Origin: Haliotis cracherodii
Taxonomy: Eukaryota
Reading direction: 5' to 3'
Length of the DNA: 64,000 bases
Assembly (NCBI RefSeq): GCF_022045235.1
Contig: NW_027266272.1
Span: forward strand, 13,268,001 to 13,332,000
Shown here: positions 62,229 to 64,000 of the stretch, piece after piece
Position numbering within the stretch: position 1 is the stretch's first letter
Layout: each line of letters opens with the position of its first letter
Translations under genes and position numbers: made by a program
Notes under the pieces: model-generated
The model's database searches: none
What the model saw: only the letters and a program-made list of their open reading frames with translations
What the model was told of the DNA's origin: nothing

Positions 62229-64000
62229 GTAAGGACGCTCTAAAGCATCACCCCGTGCGGTAACAATAGATAACGCTCATTTCAGGGGTGCATGTAAACC
62301 TGCGAGCCCTCTGATAGGGTAAATAATAATCTTGTCTAGCGTCAAGCTGATTATAAAACCAGACAACCGCGTTTCAGCACTCAGACATTTCGAATTAGGG
62401 CAAAACGTTTTGGCCAACTAATCTTAGTGGGCTTGAGTTTCTTAAGACATTTTCATAGATATGTTTCCATTGTGCATTTGGAAAAAGTACTTATGATAAT
62501 TGTATATATATTCTCTCAATTTCACGTATTTTCATTATCACATGATATTCAGGGTAATTTTTCTCCGGGTATCCCCCAAGAACACCAGGTGTATTTGTTT
62601 ACGCAGAAACACTTCCTTATTTCACGTCTAGTTTCGTTTCAAAAGGATTAGGAGATTAGCAACAGATTAATTCACACAAGGTTACATAACTTAAAATTTC
62701 AGGTTATTCAGTGTGATGTTTTTTTATTGTTTCTTTTATTCAGAATATCTGTACTTTAATTTCCTCATTGGAATACCTAACGTAGATGATTTTATTGGGT
62801 TTTTTATTTACACTGAACAAGTGATGCGGACTGGACTAAGTTGATAATTCCTGGAATTCTCGATGTATACATTTCTGTGAATTGTCATGCCACCAAGCAA
62901 TATCATGTTACTATATATGTATTACCAATATAAAACCATGTGACCTTAGTAACTGCCGATCCCACACACGCCACAGGAAGTTGAGTGGGTCTAGACTCAA
63001 CCCAACATGACCATGGTGATTAATACAACTTTAGCTGTTCTTGGAAAATGGCTGTTGGCAGATACGTGTATCGGGAAATAAAGCACTTGGGAGGCGCTTG
63101 GCTCGGGCCAAGGGGCATGCAGTTCTTGTTTCAAATATTTTGGTCTTAGCAACTTTAAGAAATGAAGTTCACTTTGTGTAAGTTTATTGGGGTATGAACC
63201 ATCATAGAGGGCCTAACTGTATGAAGGTCTGAGCTTGCGACTCTCACAAAGTGAAAGTCAATTCTTATAATTTTCATATCACTCTTTTATACCTTCAATA
63301 TGCAGTGATATAGACAGTTCTATTTTGTATGCTTGTCTTCATGTTTAAGCATGCCACTTTTTTACAAAATTGGTATTCCGAATGTTTAACACACCCCCCC
63401 CCCACCAACAGCAATACTTAAGCACAATTTGTTGACACATGAGTAGTACAAAACCGTACGTAAAGTTCAAAAAGATATAACCATGATAACAAGCATATTT
63501 TTTTGTAAGTGTCAACTTGCCAAATTTGCAGATAAAACATTGAGATATATCTTTAGTTGAGGAGAGGTTGCTACTCTTTTCTGCTAATGTAGTAACATAT
63601 AATGCATGTTTGAATCCTAGCAATCAAAGTTAGTGAAAATTTAGACTGCAAAATATCACATTGAAAATTCACGTTTTGCGTCCATTGCAGTGGCTAAAAT
63701 ATCAAATACGTAATGGAAAGATGAATGTACTTAAAGTCATGTCAAGACAGTACAACTGCAAAATGCAAAAGTATACATATGACCTTCTTTTCGTCCTGTA
63801 AGTAATAAGCTTGTCTAAAAAATATGACCCCTGATTGTGACAAGGGCCAGTTGTCAGTCTAGATACGGATCAATTCGATACATTGACAGTTTAGATGTGC
63901 ATTTCTTCATTTTGTTCACTAGTATGGATCTTTTTGAGGATATTCATGTACTATCATGCACTATCAAACTCTCTGACATTTCTCAGTGTATACTAAAACG

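Overview
Eukaryotic, intron-rich, AT-rich animal genomic DNA; the gene and repeat content suggests a mollusc, possibly a gastropod such as abalone (inference only). I could reconstruct by eye: (1) an 18-exon SLC4 Na+-coupled bicarbonate transporter on + (about 5.5-20.7 kb, about 1082 aa, C-terminal PDZ motif DTKL); (2) a tandem cluster of single-coding-exon, nAChR-derived Cys-loop receptor genes on - (intact at 37231-38376 and 46513-47646, plus a frameshifted 3' remnant at about 31158-31354); (3) a 6-exon TMEM19 on - (52846-61914, about 324 aa), probably head-to-head with another gene starting near 62.2 kb. The rest is three SINE families sharing a 3' tail, LINE, Penelope-like and mariner remnants, MITEs, several satellites and a 132-N gap. 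The best candidate for an undescribed system is the receptor cluster. These channels have lost the acetylcholine aromatic cage and the vicinal cysteines and have a very short M3-M4 loop, as cephalopod chemotactile receptors do. The two intact copies are a patchwork: the pore-forming M1-M3 block and an N-terminal block are nearly identical at nucleotide level and GC-rich, while the ligand-binding domain is divergent. This points to gene conversion holding the pore constant while the sensor diversifies. Coordinates were read manually and repeat boundaries are approximate.
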